A DNA stretch of 64,000 bases from a virus. Both the position numbers and the translations under genes were made by a program. Shown one piece after another: positions 26,798 to 36,145 of this stretch. The stretch lies in IMG/VR virus record IMGVR_UViG_3300022694_000001. One strand, 5' to 3'. Numbering within the stretch: the stretch's first letter is position 1; every line of letters starts with the position of its first letter. Under the pieces are notes generated by a model that made no database searches, was not told the DNA's origin, and saw only the letters and a list, made by a program, of their open reading frames with translations.

Positions 26798-28587
26798 GCG
26801 CTCAATTAAGAGTGTTGCACGGCAACGCGCTGGAAAAGCTCCGGGAGTTGCCGGATGAGAGCGTTCATTGCATCGTGAGCAGCCCTCCATACTGGGGTTT
26901 ACGCGATTACAAATTGCCGCCGGTTATTTGGCCGCGTAAAACTGATGATTCAGCCACGCGGCTTTGTCGGCATAAATGGGGCGCGAACGGCAGGGCATAT
27001 CATCCCGGCCAAGTCGAGCAAACGAAGTGGAAATCGGCTGACGCAGCGGGGGCAGGACAAAACGCGCACAGTGGCGCTTTCTGTGCGAAATGCGGGGCGT
27101 GGCGGGGATCGCTTGGGCTGGAGCCGACGCCGGAGCTCTACGTGGAACATTTGGTGGCCGTCTTACGCGAGGCGAAACGGGTTTTGCGTAAGGATGGGAC
27201 GCTCTGGCTGAATCTGGGGGATAGTTACGTTTCAAGCGCGCAAGGAACGATGGGTGATCCGTTACATCAACGAGGCGTGTTGGCTGGTGTATCAGAGCGA
27301 CGGGCGTTGGCATCGAAGCATTTTAGGAACAAGGTGCCTAGTCTTAAATCAGGCGATCTTGTCGGGATTCCGTGGCGGGTTGTATTCGCGCTGCAAGCTG
27401 ATGGCTGGTGGCATCGCCGGGACAATATCTGGTTCAAGCCGAATCCGATGCCGGAAAGCGTGAATGGCTGGCGGTGGGAGAAGCACCGCGTAAAAGTCCA
27501 GCCATCGACTCGATACGATTGCGGTAAGAATTTCGCTCACGCGCATTCGACGCCTCAGTCGGCTGGACTCACGCGGGCTGCCCGTGAAGGTCGCGTCGAT
27601 CATCTAGCGGAGTATGCAGATTGTCTTGGCTGCGAGAAGTGCGCGCCGAATGGCGGATTGATTTTGCGGAAGGGGAACTGGCGGTGCACGACGAGCCATG
27701 AATACGTGTTTCAGTTTTCCAAGAGCGCGTCTTATTTTTGCGATGCGGAAGCGGCAAGAGAGCGGCAGCAATCCGAACCGAAGGCTTGTGGCAGAAACTC
27801 GCGAGAGTTTGTCGACCGCGACGTGGCGCATCTGCGTCGGAGCGGAAACAAAGAGCGATTCCGCTCTCGGCTAAATAATCATCTCGGCAGTGGCGTGCCT
27901 TGGACTGGATTCGCGGGCAATCGAAACCGGCGCTCGGTGTGGACTGCGGACGGTGAGAATCCGCTGCTTTGGTGGTTAGGCGAGAAGTATCCGGACGTTG
28001 CGATTGAGTTTTTGGAGCAGGCAATTGCGATGGAGGATGTGTGGCGCATTGCGACTGCGCCGTATCCTGAAGCGCATTTTGCTACGTTCCCGCCGGCGTT
28101 GGTGCGGCCGATTATTCTAGCGGCAACGAGTCCGAAAGTCTGTGCTGAATGCGGGGCGCCGTACGCGCCGGTAATCGAGCGCGGTGAGCCGCGGCGGGAA
28201 CAGCAAATCGCGTGCGGTAGCGATAAGGATGGAACATACACCGGCGAAGCGACAAAAGATTTCTTGAGCAATAGTGCGGAAGACGCAAGCGCGGTTAAGG
28301 CGCGAATCCTAGCCGGGATGGTGGAGAAGCGCGTAATCGGTTATCGCGCGACGTGCGGATGCAACTGCGCTGAGACAGCGCGCGCTACAGTACTCGATCC
28401 GTTTGGCGGCTCTGGAACGGTCGGGCAAGTCGCGCTCGAGGCTGGGCGCGCCGCGATCCTGATTGAATTGGCTGAGCATTATCTGCCGCTCATCGCGAAA
28501 CGCTGCGGTGAACTCCTACCACTCGGATTCGCTTCCACGATTCAACCCTTAAACGCTTCAACGAACATTTTATGCCGAAAAACATAG
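26794..28587 (+). CDS. DNA amino-methyltransferase (beta class, SPPY: likely N4-cytosine) with large insertions
   Basis: SSPPYWG (motif IV), HFATFPP, VLDPFGGSGT (motif I). Confidence 0.85.
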   Translation: MSAQLRVLHGNALEKLRELPDESVHCIVSSPPYWGLRDYKLPPVIWPRKTDDSATRLCRHKWGANGRAYHPGQVEQTKWKSADAAGAGQNAHSGAFCAKCGAWRGSLGLEPTPELYVEHLVAVLREAKRVLRKDGTLWLNLGDSYVSSAQGTMGDPLHQRGVLAGVSERRALASKHFRNKVPSLKSGDLVGIPWRVVFALQADGWWHRRDNIWFKPNPMPESVNGWRWEKHRVKVQPSTRYDCGKNFAHAHSTPQSAGLTRAAREGRVDHLAEYADCLGCEKCAPNGGLILRKGNWRCTTSHEYVFQFSKSASYFCDAEAARERQQSEPKACGRNSREFVDRDVAHLRRSGNKERFRSRLNNHLGSGVPWTGFAGNRNRRSVWTADGENPLLWWLGEKYPDVAIEFLEQAIAMEDVWRIATAPYPEAHFATFPPALVRPIILAATSPKVCAECGAPYAPVIERGEPRREQQIACGSDKDGTYTGEATKDFLSNSAEDASAVKARILAGMVEKRVIGYRATCGCNCAETARATVLDPFGGSGTVGQVALEAGRAAILIELAEHYLPLIAKRCGELLPLGFASTIQPLNASTNILCRKT

Positions 28588-29189
28588 GCGAACAGGCAGC
28601 TTATCCGCTCTCATGGCCGACGGGTTGGCCTCGACACAAAACGCGAACGCACTCGCGATTCGGCAGGTTTAATAGGCCGCCGACTGTCGCCCAAGCGCGC
28701 GATGCCATTCTTACTGAATTGAGCAGGATAAACATCGGTGATTGGAATGTTGTCATTTCGACCAATTTACCTCTTCGACGCGACGGATTGCCTTACAGCG
28801 ATCGCAGCCAACCAGAAGATACCGGCGCATCAGTCTGGTGGAAGCGGAAAGAAAAGCAGTACGTCATGGCGTGCGACAAGTACAACACCGTCGGCGACAA
28901 CCTATGGGCGATCGCTAAAACCATCGAAGCAACGCGCGGAATCGAGCGTTGGGGATCTGTTACGGCGGAGCAGGCTTTCTCCGGTTACACGACGCTAGTG
29001 GAAAAGACTGGCCCGAGTTGCTGGGAAACGCTGGATATTTCGATAGACGCAACCGAGCAGCAAATTCTCGACGCCTACCGGCGTAAAGCGCGCGAGACGC
29101 ACCCCGATAACGGTGGCTCAAGTGAAGCGTTCTCCGCTGTGGTAGCAGCTAAAGACATCGCGCTGGCAACACGGAGGCAAGCAGCATGA
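28572..29189 (+). CDS. J-domain-containing phage protein
   Basis: C-terminal YRRKARETHPDNGG (HPD motif). Confidence 0.8.
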   Translation: MPKNIGEQAAYPLSWPTGWPRHKTRTHSRFGRFNRPPTVAQARDAILTELSRINIGDWNVVISTNLPLRRDGLPYSDRSQPEDTGASVWWKRKEKQYVMACDKYNTVGDNLWAIAKTIEATRGIERWGSVTAEQAFSGYTTLVEKTGPSCWETLDISIDATEQQILDAYRRKARETHPDNGGSSEAFSAVVAAKDIALATRRQAA

Positions 29190-29962
29190 GCGCGAACAGC
29201 AAAATTCAGTGGTGCCATCACACGCACAATCCGTGGCTAGGATGCCGTAAGGTGGCGCCGGAGTGCGACAACTGTTACATCGTGCATCAGACTCCGTTGC
29301 GCGTTCGAAACATCGTGCATGGCTCCGAACGGCATAGATGCGCCGAGAGCACCCTGCGACAGCCGTTCTCATGGAATCGAAAGGCCATCAAAGCAGGAGA
29401 GCGGCATCGCGTGTTTTGCCTGAGTTTAGGCGATTGGGCGGACGGCGAAGTATCGGATGAATGGCGAGACCATCTTTTCAAAGTTATCACACTGACGCCG
29501 CAACTGGACTGGTTGCTTTTAACGAAACGACCGAAGCTCGCGTTACGCTATCTCGATAGCAGATTTGTTCCTTTGAATGTCTGGATGGGCGTTTCGGCCG
29601 GCGTAGATCCTGAACCGATTTTCGATATTCCGGCACGGATTCACTTCCTAAGCTGCGAGCCGATGTTGCGCCCTATGGACGAAAAACACGCCGAACGATT
29701 CAGTTGGATCATATTCGGAGGCGAAAGTGATCCCGGGGGCAATGCCCGTTTGTGCTACGTACGATGGATTCTAGACGGAGTTGGATTTTGCTTAAAGCAC
29801 GGAATACCAGCGTTTGTGAAACAGCTAGGCGCAAAGCCATATTATCTAGCAGAAATCCTTAAATTGAAGGATTCGCATGGCGGCGATCCGGATGAGTGGC
29901 CGGAAGAGTTGCGAGGTTTTCTTGTCCGTGAATTTCCAAAGCCTACGGAGGCCGCAATATGA
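29186..29962 (+). CDS. DUF5131 / phage Gp37-Gp68 family protein
   Basis: SKIQW...TLNPW-like HNPWLGCRKVAPECDNCY, LLTKRP, FLSCEPML, WIIFGGES, AFVKQLG. Confidence 0.85.
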   Translation: MSANSKIQWCHHTHNPWLGCRKVAPECDNCYIVHQTPLRVRNIVHGSERHRCAESTLRQPFSWNRKAIKAGERHRVFCLSLGDWADGEVSDEWRDHLFKVITLTPQLDWLLLTKRPKLALRYLDSRFVPLNVWMGVSAGVDPEPIFDIPARIHFLSCEPMLRPMDEKHAERFSWIIFGGESDPGGNARLCYVRWILDGVGFCLKHGIPAFVKQLGAKPYYLAEILKLKDSHGGDPDEWPEELRGFLVREFPKPTEAAI

Positions 29963-30153
29963 CTACCATAATCGGTTGGCCGCGCTTCATGCCCACTGAT
30001 TGGGCGATGGTGTACGTCGGCGGGCAGACCATCTTTGATGATTTGAAGGCTAAAGACCTTCTCAAAGCCCGCGTGCAAAGGAAAGGATTAACGCGCTACG
30101 ACCGTGTGGAATTAGATGATGCGCTCGATAAATGGGAGGGATTCTCGGAGTGA
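29959..30153 (+). CDS. Putative excisionase / recombination directionality factor
   Basis: 64-aa winged-helix-like (...TRYDRVELDDALD) near the integrase. Confidence 0.55.
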   Translation: MTTIIGWPRFMPTDWAMVYVGGQTIFDDLKAKDLLKARVQRKGLTRYDRVELDDALDKWEGFSE

Positions 30154-30410
30154 ACTCACTAACTCTTAAATGGGGTACAGTTAAGGGCTGGAATCTTGAC
30201 TCACCAGAGGCGCAAGCTGCCCTGCAAAAATGGGCTGACTTCGGTCATTCAGTAAGTGCTGCGTGTCAGCACGACACTCCGGAACAGAAACAAGCTCTTT
30301 TGGAAGCCATCGACCACATGGATGAAATCTACTTGGATTGGGACGGGAAATATGTGTCCCGGGAAGAAGCCAAGGAATACGTGCGTAATTACGGCAAGGC
30401 TACTGCATGA
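30132..30410 (+). CDS. Hypothetical protein
   Basis: 92-aa ORF convergent on the integrase. Confidence 0.6.
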   Translation: MGGILGVNSLTLKWGTVKGWNLDSPEAQAALQKWADFGHSVSAACQHDTPEQKQALLEAIDHMDEIYLDWDGKYVSREEAKEYVRNYGKATA

Positions 30411-31462
30411 AAGGCTTTATCCAGAGCGCCGCGGCGCGGTCGCAGTTTGGCGTAGGTGCGCTGGTACGTGCGAAGGTCTATTCCCATCCACGTGCAAATC
30501 TCAAAATCGCTCGGACCGCCCAGCATAGGGTCCATCGATGCCAGCAAACTAGCGAATGTATGTCGCATGATGTGCGGTGTTACCCAGGCGCATTTCTGTT
30601 CTTTCATGTAGAGCGTGAACGGCCGCTTGAAATCGTAGCGATACCGGTTTTTTCCGTGCTTGTTTTCCGGATGCAACATGAACGGCTCCTGCAGGCCGTA
30701 ATCATCCCGCAGGAACGTTTGGAAATCACTCGTCAACGGAATCGTGCGCTCTTCCAAATCTTTGAAATTGATCGTCGGCGTCTTGCGCAAGTGCAGGTGC
30801 CCGCGTTTCAGGTCGAACCACCAAGGCACCGATTCAACTATCTCAAGCGCGCGCAGGCCGGTGTGAAACCCGCAGTAGAGCACGTATTTCAGATCGGCGC
30901 GCGGACATTCACTAATGAGTTTCGCCACCAGTTCAAGCGAGCAAAAGTCTTTGCGAGCCGCACGCGGCGGCGTTTCCACCTTTACCAGGATACAAGGATT
31001 CTCGCGCGCCAAGTGTTCGGTCACGCACCAGTTAAAGAAGCTGCGCACCGTCATGTAATTGCCGTAGGCAGTCTGGGCGTTGAGCGAGCGCAGCCGCATC
31101 TGATAAAACTTGCGGATATGCTCGCTGGTTACACGCTCCGGAGTGAGCTTTCCGACGTAATCGGAAAACTGGCGCAGCGTGTAAATCTTAGAATCAGCCG
31201 TGCGCCGGGCCCAGCCTTTGCGGGCACCACGTTCGCGCGCTGCGGCCATGTCGCGCACGAATCGGTCAACGCAGTTAATCAACAGCAGGCCAGACGTGAT
31301 TGTTGGCGAATGGCGGATCTGCGCGGCCTTGCGAATCGCAGTCGCCAGGTCCGCAGTGTTAAGCGAGAAAAATTTGCGCTTTTTATCCTTCTGATGGCTA
31401 AACCAGTACAGATTCCCGCGCTTATAGATGCCGCGGGTAAGCCGTTTGTCGCTGACTGTCAC
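30389..31462 (-). CDS. int: Tyrosine integrase
   Basis: HTGLRALEI (R), HIMRHTFAS (HxxR), terminal Tyr; N-terminal arm-binding-like GIYKRGNLYW. Confidence 0.9.
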   Translation of the reverse strand: MTVSDKRLTRGIYKRGNLYWFSHQKDKKRKFFSLNTADLATAIRKAAQIRHSPTITSGLLLINCVDRFVRDMAAARERGARKGWARRTADSKIYTLRQFSDYVGKLTPERVTSEHIRKFYQMRLRSLNAQTAYGNYMTVRSFFNWCVTEHLARENPCILVKVETPPRAARKDFCSLELVAKLISECPRADLKYVLYCGFHTGLRALEIVESVPWWFDLKRGHLHLRKTPTINFKDLEERTIPLTSDFQTFLRDDYGLQEPFMLHPENKHGKNRYRYDFKRPFTLYMKEQKCAWVTPHIMRHTFASLLASMDPMLGGPSDFEICTWMGIDLRTYQRTYAKLRPRRGALDKAFHAVALP

Positions 31463-31484
31463 ATTTTTAGTGTCACATTTTTAG
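31457..31484. repeat. Tandem 14-bp repeat, putative integrase arm sites (left)
   Basis: TGTCACATTTTTAG x2 at 31457 and 31471. Confidence 0.75.
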
Positions 31485-31527
31485 GTGTTTCTTTTGGCCT
31501 GTGCAAGTCTCTACAGGGTAAACTCAC

Positions 31528-31572
31528 CGGAGCCTACGGGGCTCGAACCCGCAACCTCCGCCGTGACAGGGC
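31528..31572 (-). mobile_element. attP core: 3' half of tRNA-Asp(GTC)
   Basis: Minus strand gccCTGTCACggcggaggttgcgggTTCGAGCcccgtaggctccg = anticodon loop, T-arm and acceptor 3' strand; no 5' half. Confidence 0.85.
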
Positions 31573-31590
31573 TGTGGTCTGCATAGGTGT

Positions 31591-31611
31591 TGTCACACCG
31601 TTTTTGTCACA
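31591..31611. repeat. Putative arm sites (right)
   Basis: TGTCACA at 31591 and 31605, again 14 bp apart. Confidence 0.7.
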
Positions 31612-31635
31612 CTTTGATGACGAAAGGGGCGAACC

Positions 31636-31947
31636 GTGAAGCATTGGGTTTCACTTTGGCGGGTGCCGCCGCCGGCAAACCAGGTCATCAGCGTCCGGCA
31701 TGGATCTTCTGTCTGTTTTGCGGCTTATTCCAGGGTACTGGACCAGTGGTTCTTGATCGCTAATGGTAGCGAGGAGGAGATAGCCGCCCCGGAGATGTGG
31801 TTTTGTGATGATGAATACGCGGCGCAACATCAGATCAACGGCGCCGTGGAACCGCAGCGCGAGCGCGTGTCGCTGCGGGTAGATCGTCGGCCACGGCAAC
31901 TACAGTTATTTGGTGACAGCGTTTCGCTGTCTGGGAGAGCGGCGTGA
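31636..31947 (+). CDS. Hypothetical protein
   Basis: SD-like gaaagggg, GTG start. Confidence 0.55.
   Translation: MKHWVSLWRVPPPANQVISVRHGSSVCFAAYSRVLDQWFLIANGSEEEIAAPEMWFCDDEYAAQHQINGAVEPQRERVSLRVDRRPRQLQLFGDSVSLSGRAA
31915..31931 (+). promoter_or_regulatory. Palindromic motif, copy 7
   Basis: gtGACAGC-gtttc-GCTGTC, 13 nt before GTG 31944. Confidence 0.7.
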
Positions 31948-32378
31948 ATAAATTTCATCGTGGCAATAGCTCGGATGGCAAACACTACTGGCTCACGCCA
32001 CCGGAGCTGTATGCGGATCTGGACGCTGAATTTGATTTCGATTTCGACCCGTGCCCTTATCCCGTGCCTGATGGCTTCGATGGGCTGACGTGTGAATGGG
32101 GGCAACGAAATTATGTCAATCCTCCGTTTGGATCGATCACGCATGAAGGCCGTAAAAAGGGGCCGACAGCGTGGATGAAGAAGGCCATCGCTGAGCAGTC
32201 TAAGGGGAAGCTGTCGGTCGTAGTGTATCCAATAGACAAATGGGTTTTGATGATGCTGAAAGCCATCGGTGTGACAGAGGTTCGCAATCTCGGCGATGTG
32301 CGGTGGCTTTCGTGCGAGGATGGCTTGCCCGGGCTTGGAACGGGGCGCCATATCGCGGCTTTCGTTCTGAGACCTTAA
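31944..32378 (+). CDS. Phage Dam-like N6-adenine methyltransferase (short)
   Basis: WLTPPE...FDFDPCP...DGL...YVNPPFG. Confidence 0.75.
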   Translation: MNKFHRGNSSDGKHYWLTPPELYADLDAEFDFDFDPCPYPVPDGFDGLTCEWGQRNYVNPPFGSITHEGRKKGPTAWMKKAIAEQSKGKLSVVVYPIDKWVLMMLKAIGVTEVRNLGDVRWLSCEDGLPGLGTGRHIAAFVLRP

Positions 32379-32386
32379 AAATCGTC

Positions 32387-33931
32387 ATGCCAAAATCCCC
32401 GGACGAAATCAGGCAGGATCTTGAGCGCCGAGAACGACAGCGTTCGGCTGTCGCCAAGCCCGCCGATAACGGGGCACAGGCTGCTCACACGCCACGCCAG
32501 AAGGCGCAACGCGCTTCCGCCTGGTCAGGAGAGCGGCCAACTCGTTCACGGGCATCTACGGGCGTTTCGCAAGACATTCACCGGACCCCGCCGCACTCGG
32601 TCGAAGCTGAGCAAGGCGTGATTGGATCGATGTTACTTTCGCCGCGGGACACCATTGCTGAAGTGGTGGCCCAGGTGAATGAGAATTACTTCTACGTGCC
32701 TGCGCACGTCACGATCTACAACGCGTTGGTCAAAATGTGGGATTCGTCTCAAGCCATTGATATGATCACGCTTACAGAGTATCTCCGTAACGTGGGTCAG
32801 CTTGAGGCTGTAGGTGGGCCAGCTTTCTTGGCGCATGTCCAAACGTTCGTTCCGACAGCCGCAAACGTCCTCTATTACGTCGGGATTGTCATCGATAAGT
32901 TCCTTTTGCGGCAGATGATCGCCGGCGCCACAGAGACCGTGCGACGCGCTTACGAAGAGCAGGATGAAGTCAGGCTGTTACTGGACGACGTAGAGCAGCG
33001 GTTTATCTCGATCGGCGACACAGTGACTTCGGTCAGCGTCACGTCCATGAAGGATAATGTCATGCACGCGATCGAGGTCATCGAAAGCGCGCACGAACGT
33101 AAGGGCATCACAGGACTTTCAACCGGCTTCGTCGAGTTTGACCGGATGACCAACGGTTTGCAGCCGTCTGAAATGATCGTGATCGCGGGGCGGCCGAGCA
33201 TGGGGAAAACCGGACTCTGCATGAACATCGTGGAACACGTAGCACTGGTGAACAAAACGGCAGTGGGCGTGTTCAGTCTTGAAATGAGCACCAATCAGTT
33301 GACCCAGCGCCTATTGTGTTCCCGGGCTCGCGTCAATTCGCAGAAGGTCCGCGATGGTTTTCTATCAGAGCGCGATTTTCCGGCTCTAACTGCGGCAGCA
33401 TCTAAATTTGGGGAAGCTCCAATCTACATCGACGACAGCTCGAGCATGAGCATCCTTGAACTGCGTGCCAAGGCTCGCCGGCTAAAGTCGCGTTACGATA
33501 TTGGATTGGTCGTTGTCGATTATCTACAGCTGTTGTCCTCAATGTCGAAGCGCGGCCAGGAGAATCGACAGGTGGAAGTCTCTGAGATTTCTAAGGGGCT
33601 AAAAAGTCTGGCCAAGGAGTTAAAGCTACCTGTATTGGTCGCCGCGCAGCTTAACCGGCAACCAGAGGGCCGCTACCACGGCAAGCCGCGTCTGAGCGAT
33701 CTTCGCGAGTCAGGATCCATCGAGCAGGATAGCGATACCGTTTGTTTGCTCACACGCCCTGAAGTTTACGAGGATGACCAGGAGCTTAGGCATGAAATGG
33801 CCGGCGAAGCCGAGCTTATCATTGCCAAACAACGCAATGGGCCAACTGGCGAAGTGTACCTTACTTTTATCAAGGAATTCACGCGCTTCGAGACGCGAGC
33901 GCGCAACATTGGAATAGAGGAGGAGTTTTGA
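32387..33931 (+). CDS. dnaB: Replicative DNA helicase
   Basis: PPHSVEAEQ, GRPSMGKT, FSLEM, VVDYLQL, AQLNR, DLRESGSIEQD, KQRNGPTG. Confidence 0.95.
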   Translation: MPKSPDEIRQDLERRERQRSAVAKPADNGAQAAHTPRQKAQRASAWSGERPTRSRASTGVSQDIHRTPPHSVEAEQGVIGSMLLSPRDTIAEVVAQVNENYFYVPAHVTIYNALVKMWDSSQAIDMITLTEYLRNVGQLEAVGGPAFLAHVQTFVPTAANVLYYVGIVIDKFLLRQMIAGATETVRRAYEEQDEVRLLLDDVEQRFISIGDTVTSVSVTSMKDNVMHAIEVIESAHERKGITGLSTGFVEFDRMTNGLQPSEMIVIAGRPSMGKTGLCMNIVEHVALVNKTAVGVFSLEMSTNQLTQRLLCSRARVNSQKVRDGFLSERDFPALTAAASKFGEAPIYIDDSSSMSILELRAKARRLKSRYDIGLVVVDYLQLLSSMSKRGQENRQVEVSEISKGLKSLAKELKLPVLVAAQLNRQPEGRYHGKPRLSDLRESGSIEQDSDTVCLLTRPEVYEDDQELRHEMAGEAELIIAKQRNGPTGEVYLTFIKEFTRFETRARNIGIEEEF

Positions 33932-34629
33932 ACACCGAAGTATATCAGGAAATAGCGCAAGTAGCGCGCGAACAGGAGCTAGCCGCAAATGAAAAGAAGG
34001 CTGTCGCAATGACGCGCGTTTGCCTTTGGTATTTGAAAGAACAACGTCGTGCTATTCAAGATAGTAAAGGTGATAACGCTATTCCTGCTTATCTGAACCG
34101 CTGCATTGACAAACTCTCATGCTTTGAGCCAGCCGCACAACCGCAGCGTAGTGAGCAATGCACCTGCGATAACGCATCTGGACTACATTGGGGTAGATGT
34201 CCGTTGAACGTTAAGCTGCTACCAGCTACGGACGACAAGTGTTGGATATGGAAAGGTTCATTAAATAGCAATGGGTATGGGCAGCTAAAAGTATCAGGCA
34301 AGTGGAAAGCCGCCCATCGTGTCTCATGGGAAGCGTTTAAGGGAGCAATTCCAGATGGGAAATTCGTGTGTCACAAATGTGATACTCCGGCTTGCGTGAA
34401 TCCACGCCACCTGTTTCTTGGAACACACTCCGAAAACATTAAGGACTCTTACAACAAGGGCAGAAGTAATCAACGCGGAGAGCGCAACGGGAATTGCAAG
34501 CTAAACCAAACCCAAGTCCAAGAAATACGATCATCTACGGAATCTTGCCGTGTTCTGTCCGAACGCTTCGGGGTTGGGAAATCCCAAATCGCAAATATAA
34601 AGAAAGGACTCAAATGGACGAATCTTTGA
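33928..34629 (+). CDS. HNH endonuclease fused to an unrelated N-terminal segment
   Basis: CWIWKG...AHRVSWE...VCHKCDTPACVNPRHLFLGTHSEN. Confidence 0.8.
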   Translation: MNTEVYQEIAQVAREQELAANEKKAVAMTRVCLWYLKEQRRAIQDSKGDNAIPAYLNRCIDKLSCFEPAAQPQRSEQCTCDNASGLHWGRCPLNVKLLPATDDKCWIWKGSLNSNGYGQLKVSGKWKAAHRVSWEAFKGAIPDGKFVCHKCDTPACVNPRHLFLGTHSENIKDSYNKGRSNQRGERNGNCKLNQTQVQEIRSSTESCRVLSERFGVGKSQIANIKKGLKWTNL

Positions 34630-35024
34630 AGCAGGCGTGGACACCGGAATATGTCGCTGGTCTAATGGCGCGTTCGCCGCTGGAAAGTAGAGAAGCATCG
34701 ATTCTTAGAGGCTACGGGGTGGTATCATACGCCCACAACGCCGCACTCGCCGCCGAGCGTGAGAAACGCCCCACCCTAAGATGGGAACACGGCAATGCGG
34801 AGGATCAACTTCTCGCAGCACAGGCGGCGATAGAGAGGCACAATGAACTGAATTGGAATACCTGTGACGTAATAGAATTTGACCTCTCACTACTCCACGC
34901 CCACGACGAACAGGTGCGAAAGCCGCTGGTGGAGGCGCTGGAGCAGATTGCCGAAAATGACACGATTGGCAGCTTTGAAGCGTGTAATCTCGCTGCCGAC
35001 GCGCTGGCAAAGGTGAAGCCATGA
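34614..35024 (+). CDS. Hypothetical protein
   Basis: SD gaaagga before ATG 34614. Confidence 0.55.
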   Translation: MDESLKQAWTPEYVAGLMARSPLESREASILRGYGVVSYAHNAALAAEREKRPTLRWEHGNAEDQLLAAQAAIERHNELNWNTCDVIEFDLSLLHAHDEQVRKPLVEALEQIAENDTIGSFEACNLAADALAKVKP

Positions 35025-35203
35025 AACGTCGCTGGCGACCTATCCCGTTACAGGGTTTCATCCACACTTGCTGCACCTGCGGAGCAAAGCATGATGTCGA
35101 TGTGCGCCTGCACCGCGGCGTATTGGACTTCCGTTGGACACCAATAATTACCCCCAAGAGGAGGAAGACTAAGCTCAAAAACGCACGCAATGATGCCAAG
35201 TGA
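35021..35203 (+). CDS. Small Cys-containing protein
   Basis: HTCCTCGAKH; ATGA-coupled. Confidence 0.5.
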   Translation: MKRRWRPIPLQGFIHTCCTCGAKHDVDVRLHRGVLDFRWTPIITPKRRKTKLKNARNDAK

Positions 35204-35218
35204 CAGAGAAACGCAGTC
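35202..35218. promoter_or_regulatory. Palindromic motif, one-mismatch copy upstream of the replication gene
   Basis: GACAGa-gaaac-GCAGTC. Confidence 0.5.
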
Positions 35219-35267
35219 AAAGCAACTTGACACGGTTGACACGCCGTGATTACCGTAGCGAAACTAT

Positions 35268-35942
35268 ATGCCATACGTCAAAATTGATACCGGAATCCTT
35301 AATTCAACGCTGTGGTTCGAGAAGATGTGTCGTGACGTTTTTCTTACCGCCTTATTCATGGCCGAACCCTTCACGACAGACAAAGAAATGGAGCAGATCG
35401 AAGTTCAGTCTCTCAACAAAACAGGGTGGAAAATTCCGCCTGGTTTATACGGCTTCGTTCATGCCGCTGGCATAGGTATTTTACGTCGCGCGTTGATTGA
35501 CAATGAAGATGCGGGACTTACTGCGCTCGAACAACTTGGGAGTCCAGAGAACACAAGCCGAAGTCAGGACTTTGAAGGCAGGCGTTTGGTCCGAGTTGAT
35601 GGTGGATATTTGGTCCTAAATTACTTCAAATATCGCGACCGCGATTACACCGCCGCCACTCGCTCAAAACGATACAGAGAACGCCTCAAACGTCACACCG
35701 TTGCGTCACAGGAACACACCGTGGCGACACGTAACATCACGCATGCAGTAAGCATAAGCAATAAAGAGAAATCTATAAAGAGAAAAAACCTCGTAAGCCA
35801 AGAACAAGAAAACCCAGACCCACATTACTCCGAAACTCCACAGGTCTTGTCAGAAGAACAAAAAGATGCAAATCGAAAACGTCTCTCCGATCTCTGCAAA
35901 CCACTCATCCAGAAACTCAAAGCCGGTGAGAAAATCGAATGA
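35268..35942 (+). CDS. Putative replication initiator
   Basis: YVKIDTGILNSTLW...VDGGYLVLNYFKYR...RSKRYRERLK pattern of phage replication proteins. Confidence 0.7.
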   Translation: MPYVKIDTGILNSTLWFEKMCRDVFLTALFMAEPFTTDKEMEQIEVQSLNKTGWKIPPGLYGFVHAAGIGILRRALIDNEDAGLTALEQLGSPENTSRSQDFEGRRLVRVDGGYLVLNYFKYRDRDYTAATRSKRYRERLKRHTVASQEHTVATRNITHAVSISNKEKSIKRKNLVSQEQENPDPHYSETPQVLSEEQKDANRKRLSDLCKPLIQKLKAGEKIE

Positions 35943-36145
35943 GCCTCAAAGAGATTATCAAACCGCACATCGAAGCCATGAAGCATCGTGAGCAAAACGA
36001 GATGAGACTTCGTGATGAGGCGATCATTCGCTATGACCGCATTTTTAAAGAACGCCGCGAACTCGAAGACTTCATTGATCGCTTGGATGAGCAATCAGAG
36101 TCGATTGTTGAAAAAATGAGATCATTGGCCGGAGAACCATTGTGA
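35939..36145 (+). CDS. Small coiled-coil protein
   Basis: ATGA-coupled. Confidence 0.5.
   Translation: MSLKEIIKPHIEAMKHREQNEMRLRDEAIIRYDRIFKERRELEDFIDRLDEQSESIVEKMRSLAGEPL

Noticed and set aside
26945-27463. Alternative-frame ORFs inside the amino-methyltransferase
   Set aside because: No motif content, and all MTase motifs are in the main frame, unlike the C5 enzyme
31528-31572. Complete tRNA-Asp gene
   Set aside because: Only the 3' half is present; interpreted as attP core
30407-31639. 410-aa + strand ORF
   Set aside because: Shadow of the integrase and attP region; no protein-like features
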